Of a stretch of DNA of 64,000 nt, positions 53,649 through 63,300 are shown in pieces (the stretch's first letter is position 1; every line of letters begins with the position of its first letter). Position numbers and translations under genes: made by a program. Under the pieces are notes generated by a model. It saw only the letters and a list, made by a program, of their open reading frames with translations, was not told the DNA's origin and made no database searches. The DNA lies in the NCBI GenBank assembly GCA_028706295.1, contig JAQWBQ010000015.1:386-64385 (forward strand), in the 5' to 3' direction. Origin of the DNA: Bacteroidales bacterium (GTDB lineage Bacteria > Bacteroidota > Bacteroidia > Bacteroidales > FEN-979).

Positions 53649-54062
53649 TCAGGAAACAGGAGTTTCAGCAGGCGTGATCACCGGAATCTGTTTTTTTACA
53701 ACTTTTTTGGGAGCGGGCTTACGCTTCTTTGCCGTCTTTTTTTTTGATACAACCTTTTTAGGAGCCTCTTTTACCTTGGACTTTACTGCTTTCTCCTTCA
53801 CGGGTTTTTCTTTCACAGTCTTGATCGCGGCCTCTTTCACCGGTGCAGAAATTTCTTCGGTCTTTGACTCTTTTCTTGGACGACCACGTTTTTTTCCTGT
53901 TTTTTTACCGGTTTTTTCAACAATCCCGGGTTTTTCCAATTTGTTCAATTTTGTTAAAATATTCTTTATTTCTGAAACATAATTTTCAGCATCCGCTAAC
54001 TCGAGCTCATAATGATTTTTCAAAAATTCAAGCTCATTTTCACTGAATTTGATCGATTTCAT
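53649..54062 (-). CDS. Histone H1-like / AT-hook basic protein
   Basis: 137 aa. Acidic helical N-domain (SENELEFLKNHYELELADAENYVSEIKNIL), then a K/P/A-rich tail with an AT-hook core KKRGRPRKESK and repeated KEKPVKEKAVKSKVKEAPKK. Confidence 0.6.
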   Translation of the reverse strand: MKSIKFSENELEFLKNHYELELADAENYVSEIKNILTKLNKLEKPGIVEKTGKKTGKKRGRPRKESKTEEISAPVKEAAIKTVKEKPVKEKAVKSKVKEAPKKVVSKKKTAKKRKPAPKKVVKKQIPVITPAETPVS

Positions 54063-54157
54063 ACGGAATTTTTTAGGTGGTTAATTTTGTAAAATTATAA
54101 ACAAAAATAAATAAGTAATTTATTTTATTTAAAAAAATAAAAAATCTTTTCGAAATT

Positions 54158-56572
54158 TTACCTGAATGATACAACAGTAATCCCCGAACCACCATCTTCC
54201 AGCCGGGCATCTTTGACCATTTTTACATCTTTCTGTGATCTTAGGTAATCGCGTGTTACCTGCCTGAGTACACCGTTGCCCTTCCCGTGAAGAATTCTGA
54301 CTTCTGGGATAGAGATCAGGATGGCATCATCAATGTATCGCTGTAAAGCCGACAATGCCTCATCCACCCTTTTACCGCGCAGATCAAGAGTCATTGAAAA
54401 ATTGGTGACTTTTGACTGAAGGTCATCAATATAATTTTGAAACCGGTGCGGAACGGCTTTACTGCCAATAAATTCTGGCGCAAGATCAGAACTTTTTTCC
54501 TTTTGAACGGATAAAGTTTTTTCAGGACCGAGGATTCTGTTTTTTTCCACATTCAATTTTTCACGCGCAATTTTTGTCCTGTTCTTTTCCGCTTGTGACT
54601 CGCGAATTTCTTTTATGGTTTTTTCAATGATTTTATTTGATTCTGAAATAATCTTTTGAGCTTCATTTCTGGCATTTTCCAGTATATCATTTTTCTTTGA
54701 ATCCAACTCTGAATTTAATTTTTCATATTTTTTTATCAATTCTGAAAGAAAATCATCGGCGATTTTAATGGTATCGGATTTTTTATCCAACTCTTTTTTT
54801 TCTACTTCCAGATTTTGTAATTCCCTGTCAAAATCAAGTTGCTTATTCCCCGTTTTTTTCCTTGCTTTGATGAGAACTTCTTCCGGGAATCCTATTTCTT
54901 TGGCAATTTCAAAGGCAAACGAACTGCCCGGTTTCCCTGTCAGCAATTGATACAGGGGTTTCATGTTCTTCAGGTCAAACAGCATGGAACCGTTAACAAT
55001 GCCTTTTTCACGACCGGCAAGCAACTTCAGATTGGAATAGTGGGTCGTCACGATCCCGGTGCCTCCCTTTCGGTTCAGGACCTCCAGCGTTGCTTCTGCA
55101 ATAGCCCCGCCCAGCGTAGGATCGGTTCCCGAACCGAGCTCATCAATTAAAAAAAGCGTATTCCGGTCGGTGTTCTCTAAAAAAAACTTAAGATTTTTGA
55201 GTTTTGAAGTATAGGTGCTGAGATCATTATCGATGGATTGTTCATCTCCGATATCAATGAAAATATTTTTATAAACCAGAAACTCCGAATCATCACCTGC
55301 TGAAGGTAATAAGCCGCACTGAAGCATATATTGCAACAGCCCGACGGTCTTTAAACAAACAGATTTTCCACCGGCGTTCGGGCCGGAGATCACCAGAATA
55401 CGCCGCTCATTATCAAAGGAAATATGCAGCGGAACAATTTTCCGCCCCTGACTGGTCAAATGATGTTCTAAAAGGGGATGACGCGCTGCAAACAACCGGA
55501 ATCCATTTGCGTTACCTGATGTTACAGAACCGGAATCCACCAGCTGTTCATCAGTTACCTCCCTGATCCCGGACTCATAAGGAAGACCCGTGTTATCCGT
55601 AGTTTCCGGGTCTTTTTTTGGCGCGATGGGGTTCTCAGAAATCACCGGCATTACCCCGTTGATCTCAACAGCCCAGCGCGCTTTGGCCCGGATCAGATCA
55701 ATCTGTCCCAAAAACTGATAGTCACGGAGCAGATCGTCAATAAAGGGTCTCAAAAAATCGGCGAAATGGGTAAGGATTTTTATTATTTCCCTTCGTTCAG
55801 CATATTCCAGCTCCCTGATTTCATTATTGGTTTCAAAGATCTCGGCAGGTTCAATAAATACAGTCTGACCACTTGATGATTCATCATGCACAAATCCGTT
55901 GATCTTTCGTTTATGGCTACTGATCATCGGAATGACAAGGCGGCCGTTTCGAATGGTCACTTCGGCATCCTCGGGGGTCCATCCTTGTTGACGGGCTATC
56001 TTAAAGCTTTGCATCACCCTGCGTTCAACCGAAGCGAGTTTCTCCTTTTTTTCACGTCTGATTTTCTGTAATTCCGGTGAAGCAGAATCGCGGATTTCGG
56101 ATTTTTCATTCAGAATGCGATCGATATAGGAAACAACGAGGTATTCGTTGCTCACTTTTTTTTCGCCGGTTTGAAAGCCGGGTAATTCAACGGGTACCAG
56201 TTTGAAAAGGTAGGGAAAACGCTCACTCCTGCTGTTGAGAAATTCTTTGATACCACCGATGGTTTTCAATGATACCCTGAGCTCTGCAAGGGGATCGATT
56301 TCGATATAGGTGCCCTGAATACGGATACGGAGTAGTTCCGGGATCAGATCAAAAAAATCCTGAGAAGGGAAATGTTCTTCAAACATAAGGATCGACTTCA
56401 TTTCGGAAGTCTCTGAAAGCCACGTGTAAATCTCATTCCGGTTGGATGAAAAACTGATGCGGTTTACACCCTGACGGCCTAAAGGCGATAGGCAATAGCT
56501 TATTAGCTTCTGCCGAATCTGATCAAAACCAAGCTTTTGCTCAAATATGGATGGATATAACATAGGGTGCAA
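54158..56572 (-). CDS. mutS2: Endonuclease MutS2 (MutS domain III/V ATPase + C-terminal Smr)
   Basis: 804 aa. Walker A GPNAGGKS, Walker B FLIDELGSGTDP, C-terminal Smr LDLRGKRVDEAL ... ILHGKGNGVLR. The true start may be the Met at 56563 (MLYPSIFEQKLGFDQIR). Confidence 0.9.
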   Translation of the reverse strand: MHPMLYPSIFEQKLGFDQIRQKLISYCLSPLGRQGVNRISFSSNRNEIYTWLSETSEMKSILMFEEHFPSQDFFDLIPELLRIRIQGTYIEIDPLAELRVSLKTIGGIKEFLNSRSERFPYLFKLVPVELPGFQTGEKKVSNEYLVVSYIDRILNEKSEIRDSASPELQKIRREKKEKLASVERRVMQSFKIARQQGWTPEDAEVTIRNGRLVIPMISSHKRKINGFVHDESSSGQTVFIEPAEIFETNNEIRELEYAERREIIKILTHFADFLRPFIDDLLRDYQFLGQIDLIRAKARWAVEINGVMPVISENPIAPKKDPETTDNTGLPYESGIREVTDEQLVDSGSVTSGNANGFRLFAARHPLLEHHLTSQGRKIVPLHISFDNERRILVISGPNAGGKSVCLKTVGLLQYMLQCGLLPSAGDDSEFLVYKNIFIDIGDEQSIDNDLSTYTSKLKNLKFFLENTDRNTLFLIDELGSGTDPTLGGAIAEATLEVLNRKGGTGIVTTHYSNLKLLAGREKGIVNGSMLFDLKNMKPLYQLLTGKPGSSFAFEIAKEIGFPEEVLIKARKKTGNKQLDFDRELQNLEVEKKELDKKSDTIKIADDFLSELIKKYEKLNSELDSKKNDILENARNEAQKIISESNKIIEKTIKEIRESQAEKNRTKIAREKLNVEKNRILGPEKTLSVQKEKSSDLAPEFIGSKAVPHRFQNYIDDLQSKVTNFSMTLDLRGKRVDEALSALQRYIDDAILISIPEVRILHGKGNGVLRQVTRDYLRSQKDVKMVKDARLEDGGSGITVVSFR

Positions 56573-56633
56573 AAATAGAAAAATTCAGGGTCAATGAATG
56601 GGAATTTCGCTTGGCATCTTAATTGAAAATGTG

Positions 56634-56641
56634 TATTTTTG
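56634..56641 (+). promoter_or_regulatory. Putative -7 promoter box TATTTTTG for nifJ
   Basis: Exact TAnnTTTG, 56 nt upstream of ATG 56697. Confidence 0.55.
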
Positions 56642-56696
56642 CACTTTGTTATAAAATTAACAAATGCGAAATCAAATATTTTAAAATCAATATATT

Positions 56697-59600
56697 ATGA
56701 ACAAAACAAAAAAGTTTTTATCGTGTGATGGCAATCAGGCTGCATCCCATATGGCCTACATGTTCAGTGAGGTTGCTGCCATTTATCCCATCACGCCATC
56801 ATCGAACATGGCTGAGAATGTGGATGAGTGGGCTGCGCATGGCAGAAAGAATATTTTCGGAGATGAGGTAAAGGTGGTGGAGATGCAATCTGAAGCAGGT
56901 GCCGCCGGAGCCGTTCATGGCTCACTTCAGGCCGGAACCCTGACCACGACGTTTACTGCTTCACAAGGGCTCTTGTTGATGATTCCGAACATGTATAAAC
57001 TCGCCGGTGAACTTCTGCCGGGTGTTTTTCATGTAAGCGCCCGCACAGTCGCCGCCCATGCCCTTTCAATATTCGGTGACCACAGTGATGTTTATGCAAC
57101 ACGTCAGACTGGTTTTGCAATGCTTGCAACCGGTTCTGTTCAGGAAGTGATGGATTTGGCAGGAATCGCGCATCTTTCAGCGATCAAATTGCGTCTTCCC
57201 TTCCTTCATTTCTTTGATGGTTTCAGAACCTCCCACGAAATCCAGAAAGTAGAGGTGTTTGATACAGAGGATATGGTGAAACTCCTTGACTGGAAAGCGC
57301 TCCAGGAATTTCGTGACAGGGCTTTGAATCCTGAACATCCTGTTACCCGTGGAACAGCGCAGAATCCGGATATTTTCTTCCAGGCAAAAGAGGCTGTTAA
57401 CCGGTTTTATGAGCCTGTTGCAGATGTGGTGGATGCCTATATGCAGGAGATCACAAAACTGACCGGCAGGGAATATCATCCATTCACTTTTTATGGTGAT
57501 CCCGAAGCCGAAAATATTATCGTAGCCATGGGTTCTGTTACCGATACTACTAAGGAGGTTGTTGATTACCTGGTTGCAAGGGGTGAAAAAGTGGGTTTGA
57601 TTTCGGTACACCTGTATCGTCCCTTCTCTGAAAAATATTTCTTCAATGTGTTGCCCAAAACGGTCAAACGGATCTGTGTCCTTGACCGTACCAAAGAACC
57701 CGGAGCTAATGGCGACCCACTCTACCTGGATGTCAGGGATATTTTTTATGATCGTTCCGACCGGCCGATTATTATTGCAGGTCGTTACGGACTCAGTTCA
57801 AAGGATACAACTCCGGCACAGATCATCTCCGTTTTCAATAACCTGAAAGCAAAAGAGCCCAAGAATCATTTCACAGTCGGAATAATCGACGATGTGACAT
57901 TCCACTCACTGCCGCTGCTGCCCGAGATCGACATCGCACCGGCCGGAACCTACTCAGCAAAATTTTATGGTATTGGATCAGATGGCACAGTCGGCGCAAA
58001 CAAGAATTCCATTAAAATTATCGGTGATAACACCGACAAATATGCACAGGCTTATTTTGCCTATGATTCAAAGAAATCAGGTGGCGTTACCGTTTCGCAT
58101 CTTCGTTTTGGCGACAGTCCGATCCGTTCACCGTACCTGGTCATTACGCCTGACTTTGTTGCATGTCATGTTCCTGCCTATCTTGAAAAGTATGATATGC
58201 TGAAGGGGCTTAAAGATGGTGGAACTTTTCTGCTCAACTCGATCTGGGATGCTGAAGAAACCAAGCGCAGGCTGCCCGATCATATAAAACGATACCTGGC
58301 CGACCATAAAATCAACTTTTATATCATCGACGCCACGAAGATAGCGGATGAGATCGGCCTCGGGAACAGGACTAATTCCATCATGCAAAGCGCATTCTTC
58401 AAGGTTTCACAGGTTATTCCATTCGATAAGGCAGTAACCGATATGAAGAAGGCCGTCTATAAAACATATGGCAGAAAAGGAGAAGATATAGTCAATATGA
58501 ACTATGCTGCCATTGACCGGGGGGGGGAACTGACTAAAATTGAAATTCCTGCCGAATGGGCAAATGCTGATCCGACACCTGCCACATCCGAATCGAAGAA
58601 TTCTTTCGTGAAAAACGTTTTTGATCCGGTTAGTGCAATGAACGGAGACGATATTCCGGTAAGTGCATTTGTCGGCCGTGAAGACGGAACCTTCCCGAGC
58701 GGAATGACCCAACTGGAAAAAAGAGGTATCGCCGTCAACGTTCCAATGTGGATCCCTTCAAACTGTATTCAATGCAACCAATGTGCATACGTTTGTCCTC
58801 ATGCCGCCATCCGACCCTTCCTTCTGAATGAAAAGGAGAGACAAAATGCACCGGCTGAAATGATGAGCCTGAAAGCAGTAGGTAAAGAACTTACCGGGCT
58901 GGAATTCCGTATTCAGGTCAGCACCCTTGATTGCACGGGTTGCGGGAATTGCATCGATGTATGTCCGGCAAAAACAAAAGCCCTTGAATTCCGTGATCTC
59001 GGATCACAGCTGCCCGAGATGAAAAATTGGGATTATCTGACCGGCAGTGTAACCTATAAAACAGATATCATCGACCGGTTCAAAACTTTTAAAAACAGTC
59101 AGTTCGCCCAGCCTTTATTTGAATTCTCCGGAGCTTGTGCTGGTTGTGGTGAAACTCCCTATATCAAATTACTTACCCAGCTTTTCGGCGAAAGAATGAT
59201 CATCTCCAACGCCACGGGTTGTTCTTCAATTTATGGAGGCACTGCCCCGTTTACACCGTATCGTGCAAATATGGAAGGTCATGGTCCGGCATGGGCCAAC
59301 TCACTCTTTGAAGATAACGCGGAATACGGATATGGAATGGCAGTCGGTATTACTCAGCTCCGCAAAAGGATCGCTGAAAAGATGCGCGCAGCTATAAAGG
59401 AAAATTTAATGGCTGCCGACACGCTTGAATCGATGAAAGAGTGGATCGACGGAATGTACGATCCCGAAGCCTCCAAAAAAGCTGCACAGAAACTGATCAG
59501 TTTACTCCCGAAAGAGACAAACCAACTTGCAGCCGATATCATGGCCCTGCGGCAGTATCTGGTTAAAAAGTCCATTTGGATCATTGGTGGAGATGGTTGG

Positions 59601-60230
59601 GCTTACGATATCGGATACGGGGGACTGGATCACGTCATTGCCTCCGGCGAAGATATTAACATTTTAGTACTGGATACGGAGGTCTATTCCAATACGGGTG
59701 GACAATCCTCGAAATCGACCCCGATCGGTGCTGTTGCTAAATTTGCTGCTTCCGGAAAAAAAGTACGGAAAAAAGATCTGGGAGCCATGGCCATGACCTA
59801 TGGATATGTGTACGTTTCACAGGTGGCAATGGGAGCCAATAACAGCCAGCTTTTCAGGGCTGTAAAAGAAGCTGAAGCTTACCACGGTCCTTCCCTTATC
59901 ATTGCATATGCCCCCTGTATCAATCACGGTCTGCGTTCGGGTATGGGAAAAGCTGAAGAGGAAATGGATCGCGCCGTCGCAGCCGGATACTGGCAACTGT
60001 ACCGGTACAATCCCATCAACGGCCAAGAGGGTAAGAATCCCTTTATCCTTGATTCCAAAGAACCGGATTGGACTAAGTTTCAGGAGTTCCTGAACAATGA
60101 AGTTCGGTATACTTCCTTACAGAAAATGTTCCCTGAAGAAGCAACGGAATTGTTTAAGGCTGCTGAAGAGAGCGCTCGCTGGCGGTACAATAACTACCGG
60201 AGGCTTATGGAAACGAAGTATGAAAATTAA
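56697..60230 (+). CDS. nifJ: Pyruvate:ferredoxin (flavodoxin) oxidoreductase, single-chain
   Basis: 1177 aa. Two 4Fe-4S ferredoxin motifs (CIQCNQCAYVCPHAAIRP, CTGCGNCIDVCP) and a TPP-binding GDGWAYDIGYGGLDH. Confidence 0.95.
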   Translation: MNKTKKFLSCDGNQAASHMAYMFSEVAAIYPITPSSNMAENVDEWAAHGRKNIFGDEVKVVEMQSEAGAAGAVHGSLQAGTLTTTFTASQGLLLMIPNMYKLAGELLPGVFHVSARTVAAHALSIFGDHSDVYATRQTGFAMLATGSVQEVMDLAGIAHLSAIKLRLPFLHFFDGFRTSHEIQKVEVFDTEDMVKLLDWKALQEFRDRALNPEHPVTRGTAQNPDIFFQAKEAVNRFYEPVADVVDAYMQEITKLTGREYHPFTFYGDPEAENIIVAMGSVTDTTKEVVDYLVARGEKVGLISVHLYRPFSEKYFFNVLPKTVKRICVLDRTKEPGANGDPLYLDVRDIFYDRSDRPIIIAGRYGLSSKDTTPAQIISVFNNLKAKEPKNHFTVGIIDDVTFHSLPLLPEIDIAPAGTYSAKFYGIGSDGTVGANKNSIKIIGDNTDKYAQAYFAYDSKKSGGVTVSHLRFGDSPIRSPYLVITPDFVACHVPAYLEKYDMLKGLKDGGTFLLNSIWDAEETKRRLPDHIKRYLADHKINFYIIDATKIADEIGLGNRTNSIMQSAFFKVSQVIPFDKAVTDMKKAVYKTYGRKGEDIVNMNYAAIDRGGELTKIEIPAEWANADPTPATSESKNSFVKNVFDPVSAMNGDDIPVSAFVGREDGTFPSGMTQLEKRGIAVNVPMWIPSNCIQCNQCAYVCPHAAIRPFLLNEKERQNAPAEMMSLKAVGKELTGLEFRIQVSTLDCTGCGNCIDVCPAKTKALEFRDLGSQLPEMKNWDYLTGSVTYKTDIIDRFKTFKNSQFAQPLFEFSGACAGCGETPYIKLLTQLFGERMIISNATGCSSIYGGTAPFTPYRANMEGHGPAWANSLFEDNAEYGYGMAVGITQLRKRIAEKMRAAIKENLMAADTLESMKEWIDGMYDPEASKKAAQKLISLLPKETNQLAADIMALRQYLVKKSIWIIGGDGWAYDIGYGGLDHVIASGEDINILVLDTEVYSNTGGQSSKSTPIGAVAKFAASGKKVRKKDLGAMAMTYGYVYVSQVAMGANNSQLFRAVKEAEAYHGPSLIIAYAPCINHGLRSGMGKAEEEMDRAVAAGYWQLYRYNPINGQEGKNPFILDSKEPDWTKFQEFLNNEVRYTSLQKMFPEEATELFKAAEESARWRYNNYRRLMETKYEN

Positions 60231-60238
60231 AACTTCTG

Positions 60239-60263
60239 CATCCTGCAGGGGATGACTTTTTTT
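60239..60263 (+). terminator. First of two tandem terminator hairpins after nifJ
   Basis: CATCCT-GCAG-GGGATG stem-loop (60239-60254), followed 2 nt later by T7 (60257-60263). Confidence 0.5.
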
Positions 60264-60281
60264 AGATTTGTTTGGAAGAAA

Positions 60282-60312
60282 AGCAGGGGATTTGGCATCT
60301 CCTGCTTTTTTT
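60282..60312 (+). terminator. Rho-independent terminator after nifJ
   Basis: 9-bp stem AGCAGGGGA (60282-90) / TCTCCTGCT (60298-306) with one G.U pair, a 7-nt loop, and a T-run to 60312. Confidence 0.75.
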
Positions 60313-60350
60313 ATACCTGTTCACTTTTTTTTCATCCATAAACAAATTTG

Positions 60351-60358
60351 TATATTTG
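60351..60358 (+). promoter_or_regulatory. Putative -7 promoter box TATATTTG
   Basis: Exact TAnnTTTG, 29 nt upstream of ATG 60387. Confidence 0.55.
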
Positions 60359-60386
60359 TCAGGACTAATTCTAAAGAACATATTAT

Positions 60387-61400
60387 ATGGCTGATCTGAA
60401 AACAAAGTATATGGGGCTCCAGTTAAAAAATCCTGTCATAGTCGGAGCAAGCAATCTGGTGAAAGATATTGATAACTGTAAAAGAATGGAAGAAGCCGGG
60501 GCTGCTGCAATAGTTTATAAAACCCTGTTCGAAGAACAGATCGAACTGGAACGGCTGCAGTTGAACGAGGAATTAAATCAATACAATGAGCGGCATGCTG
60601 AAATGATAAGCCTCTTCCCCGACATAAGCCATGCAGGGCCAAGGGAACATCTGAACCATCTGAAAAAAGTCGTCAACGCGGTTAACATACCGGTCATTGC
60701 CAGTTTAAACTGTACCTTTTCCGATACTTGGGTTGACTATGCCCGGCAAATGGAAAATACAGGGATCAACGCGATAGAATTGAATTTTTATGCTATCCCG
60801 GGTGATTTTAAACGTGAAGGACGGGTCATTGTTAATGAACAACTGGATATAATCAACGAGGTTAAAAAGAATTTGAAAATACCGGTAAGCGTCAAATTGA
60901 GTCCATTCTACACGAATGTATTGATGGTAATCCAAAACATGTATTACGCCGGAGTTGATGGCTTTGTTCTTTTTAACAGACTCTTCCAGCCCGACATTGA
61001 TGTCGATAAGGAAGAACATCATTTCCCGTATAACCTGAGCCATGAAGAGGATTGCAGGCTGCCTTTGAGATATATCGGGTTGCTCTTTGGTGAGATCAGG
61101 GGTTCTCTCTGTGCTAATACTGGAATTTTCTCGGGCAAAGATGTAGCGAAAATGATTCTTGCCGGGGCTGATGCCGTACAGGTTGTAAGTGCCATTTACA
61201 AGCACGGCATCAGATACATTTCCGAAATGATCACTGAGCTGAATGATTGGATGGATGGGAAAAAATACGCTACGGTTGATACCTTCAAAGGGAAATTATC
61301 GAAGAAGCATCAGAAAGATCCTTTCTCTTACAAAAGAGCTCAGTACATTGATATTTTGATGAAATCGGAAGAGATTTTTAAGATTTATCCACCGAGATAG
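60387..61400 (+). CDS. Dihydroorotate dehydrogenase-like TIM-barrel flavoprotein (not canonical PyrD)
   Basis: 337 aa. MGLQLKNPVIVGAS start and the DHOD-like pattern IPVIASLN ... AIELNFY ... PVSVKLSP ... FNR. The long helical insert after strand 2 and the location after nifJ match the family usually annotated DHOD-like. Confidence 0.8.
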   Translation: MADLKTKYMGLQLKNPVIVGASNLVKDIDNCKRMEEAGAAAIVYKTLFEEQIELERLQLNEELNQYNERHAEMISLFPDISHAGPREHLNHLKKVVNAVNIPVIASLNCTFSDTWVDYARQMENTGINAIELNFYAIPGDFKREGRVIVNEQLDIINEVKKNLKIPVSVKLSPFYTNVLMVIQNMYYAGVDGFVLFNRLFQPDIDVDKEEHHFPYNLSHEEDCRLPLRYIGLLFGEIRGSLCANTGIFSGKDVAKMILAGADAVQVVSAIYKHGIRYISEMITELNDWMDGKKYATVDTFKGKLSKKHQKDPFSYKRAQYIDILMKSEEIFKIYPPR

Positions 61401-61413
61401 GCGGTTAATCTGG

Positions 61414-63174
61414 TCAGTGAATCTCGATCTGGTAGAGCATCCTGGCCTGAATCCCTTTCATCTCCTTTATGTCCATATAATACCTGTACAGCCGGTAATC
61501 ATCTCCCAGCGCTTGCTGAAGACGCGTGGTGGGATCATTCCCGGTTATCTGGTTGATCAGTTCTTCAAACCACTCTTTTTGTTCAGGGAGCGACCAGATC
61601 CGGTAATCTTTGACACTGGCCAGTTCGGCAGCCAATTCGATGGCCCTGGTAAGCCCTCCGAATTCATCAACCAATCCCAGGGTCTTCGCATCCGTACCAC
61701 TCCAAACCCTGCCTTGTCCGATGCTGTCGACCCGTGCTACTTCCAGGTTTCTTCCCGCAGCAACTTTGCCCGTAAATACTTCATAAATATGGTCCACGTC
61801 GCGCTGGATCTTTTTGGCCTGGTAGGGTGACAAAGGTTTGGTAACGGGAATGTAGTCTCCGTTCTTATTGGTCATTGCCCAGTCGAAAGTGATCCCCAAT
61901 TTTTTCGAGAACAGGCCTTCAAAATTTGGAACAACACCAAAAACGCCAATGGATCCTGTGATGGTCGTGGGATCCGATACGATCTTTGAGGCAGCACAAG
62001 CAATGTAATATCCCCCGCTTGCAGCGACGTCACCCAAAGAGGCAACTACCGGCTTAGTCTTTCGTGCCAGGTCAATTTCCCTCCAGATCACATCACTCGC
62101 CAGGGCACTTCCACCTCCTGAATTGATTCTGAAAACAATAGCCTTTACTTTATCGTCTTCACGGGCTTTCCGGATCGCCTTTGAGATCCGCTCCGATCCT
62201 ATTGACTGATCATCTCCTTCACCGCCTGCAATGGAACCTATGGCATAAATCACAGCTATCTTTTCTTTACCTGCCGGATTCTTTTTGGGATCTGAAACAT
62301 TTTCATATTTCTCCAGTGAAACAGTCAGAAGTTTATTTTTCTTATCAAGATTCAGCTTCTTTTTCATCTCTTTGATCAGTTCATCTTTATAGACAAGTTG
62401 ATCAACCAATTTATATTTCAAAGCATCGCCGGCAGTTTCAATCTTCAGGCTGTCGGCGATATTCATCGCTTCCTGCCTGCTGATCTTCCTTGTTTCTGAA
62501 ATGCCCGATAACATGTGATCCCAAATGTCAGTAATTAACTCAGTGATCTGTTCCCGGTTCTCTTTGCTCATTTTATCGAGGAATAAGGGTTCCGTTGCAG
62601 CTTTAAATTTGCCATGACGGATGACCTGCATCCGGATATCCAGCTTTTCAAGCAAACCTTTGATAAATACCATTTCTGAGGCCAGACCTTTGAAATCAAT
62701 CCCTCCTTCAGGATTTAAAAATATCCTGTCGGCGCTGGTGGCAAGGTAATAGGCGGTTTGTGAATAATATTCGCTATATGCCCAGATAAATTTTCCCGAG
62801 GTCTTGAAATCAAACAGCGCTTCCCGAATCTCATCCAGCGTGGAAATATCGGCATTAATAGTTGTAAGGTCAAGATAAATACCGGAAATATTCTCATCCC
62901 GCTTTGCTTTGTTGAGATTTTCCAAAAACACATCAAGTCCGGTCATTTTTTCAGGACCCGAAAAATTCATCATAAAGTTCATTTTTGGAGCGCGGTCGAT
63001 AATGGGTTTATCAAACCGCAGGTGCAATATGGTGTTTTTAGAAATAACGGTCTCATCGCTCGAAGCCGAGGCAATTATTACCGCAAGAATTCCGAAACTG
63101 ATCAGAAAAGCAATGATCATCAGAATAACCGTGCCAAGCATACTGGCAAACATGAACTTAAAAAAGTCTTTCAT
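61414..63174 (-). CDS. sppA: Signal peptide peptidase SppA, 67K type (tandem ClpP/crotonase-fold domains)
   Basis: 586 aa. N-terminal TM, two peptidase S49 halves, RINSGGGSALASD and GDVAASGGYYIA motifs. Confidence 0.9.
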   Translation of the reverse strand: MKDFFKFMFASMLGTVILMIIAFLISFGILAVIIASASSDETVISKNTILHLRFDKPIIDRAPKMNFMMNFSGPEKMTGLDVFLENLNKAKRDENISGIYLDLTTINADISTLDEIREALFDFKTSGKFIWAYSEYYSQTAYYLATSADRIFLNPEGGIDFKGLASEMVFIKGLLEKLDIRMQVIRHGKFKAATEPLFLDKMSKENREQITELITDIWDHMLSGISETRKISRQEAMNIADSLKIETAGDALKYKLVDQLVYKDELIKEMKKKLNLDKKNKLLTVSLEKYENVSDPKKNPAGKEKIAVIYAIGSIAGGEGDDQSIGSERISKAIRKAREDDKVKAIVFRINSGGGSALASDVIWREIDLARKTKPVVASLGDVAASGGYYIACAASKIVSDPTTITGSIGVFGVVPNFEGLFSKKLGITFDWAMTNKNGDYIPVTKPLSPYQAKKIQRDVDHIYEVFTGKVAAGRNLEVARVDSIGQGRVWSGTDAKTLGLVDEFGGLTRAIELAAELASVKDYRIWSLPEQKEWFEELINQITGNDPTTRLQQALGDDYRLYRYYMDIKEMKGIQARMLYQIEIH

Positions 63175-63300
63175 GGGATTATTTTTTTAATAAACAAATG
63201 TAACCATTAATTTATACTTTGATGCAGGTGTATGGATCAGGTTACAGTTTGTTTTTCCATTGCGATTTTCAACAACCCTTTGTGAATAATAAAATCCGGT

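Noticed and set aside
56570-56577. TATTTTTG box (minus strand) overlapping the annotated mutS2 ATG at 56572
   Set aside because: It cannot be both promoter and coding start. It may indicate a start at Met-4 (56563) with a near-leaderless mRNA, but sequence alone cannot decide, so it is not listed as a feature.
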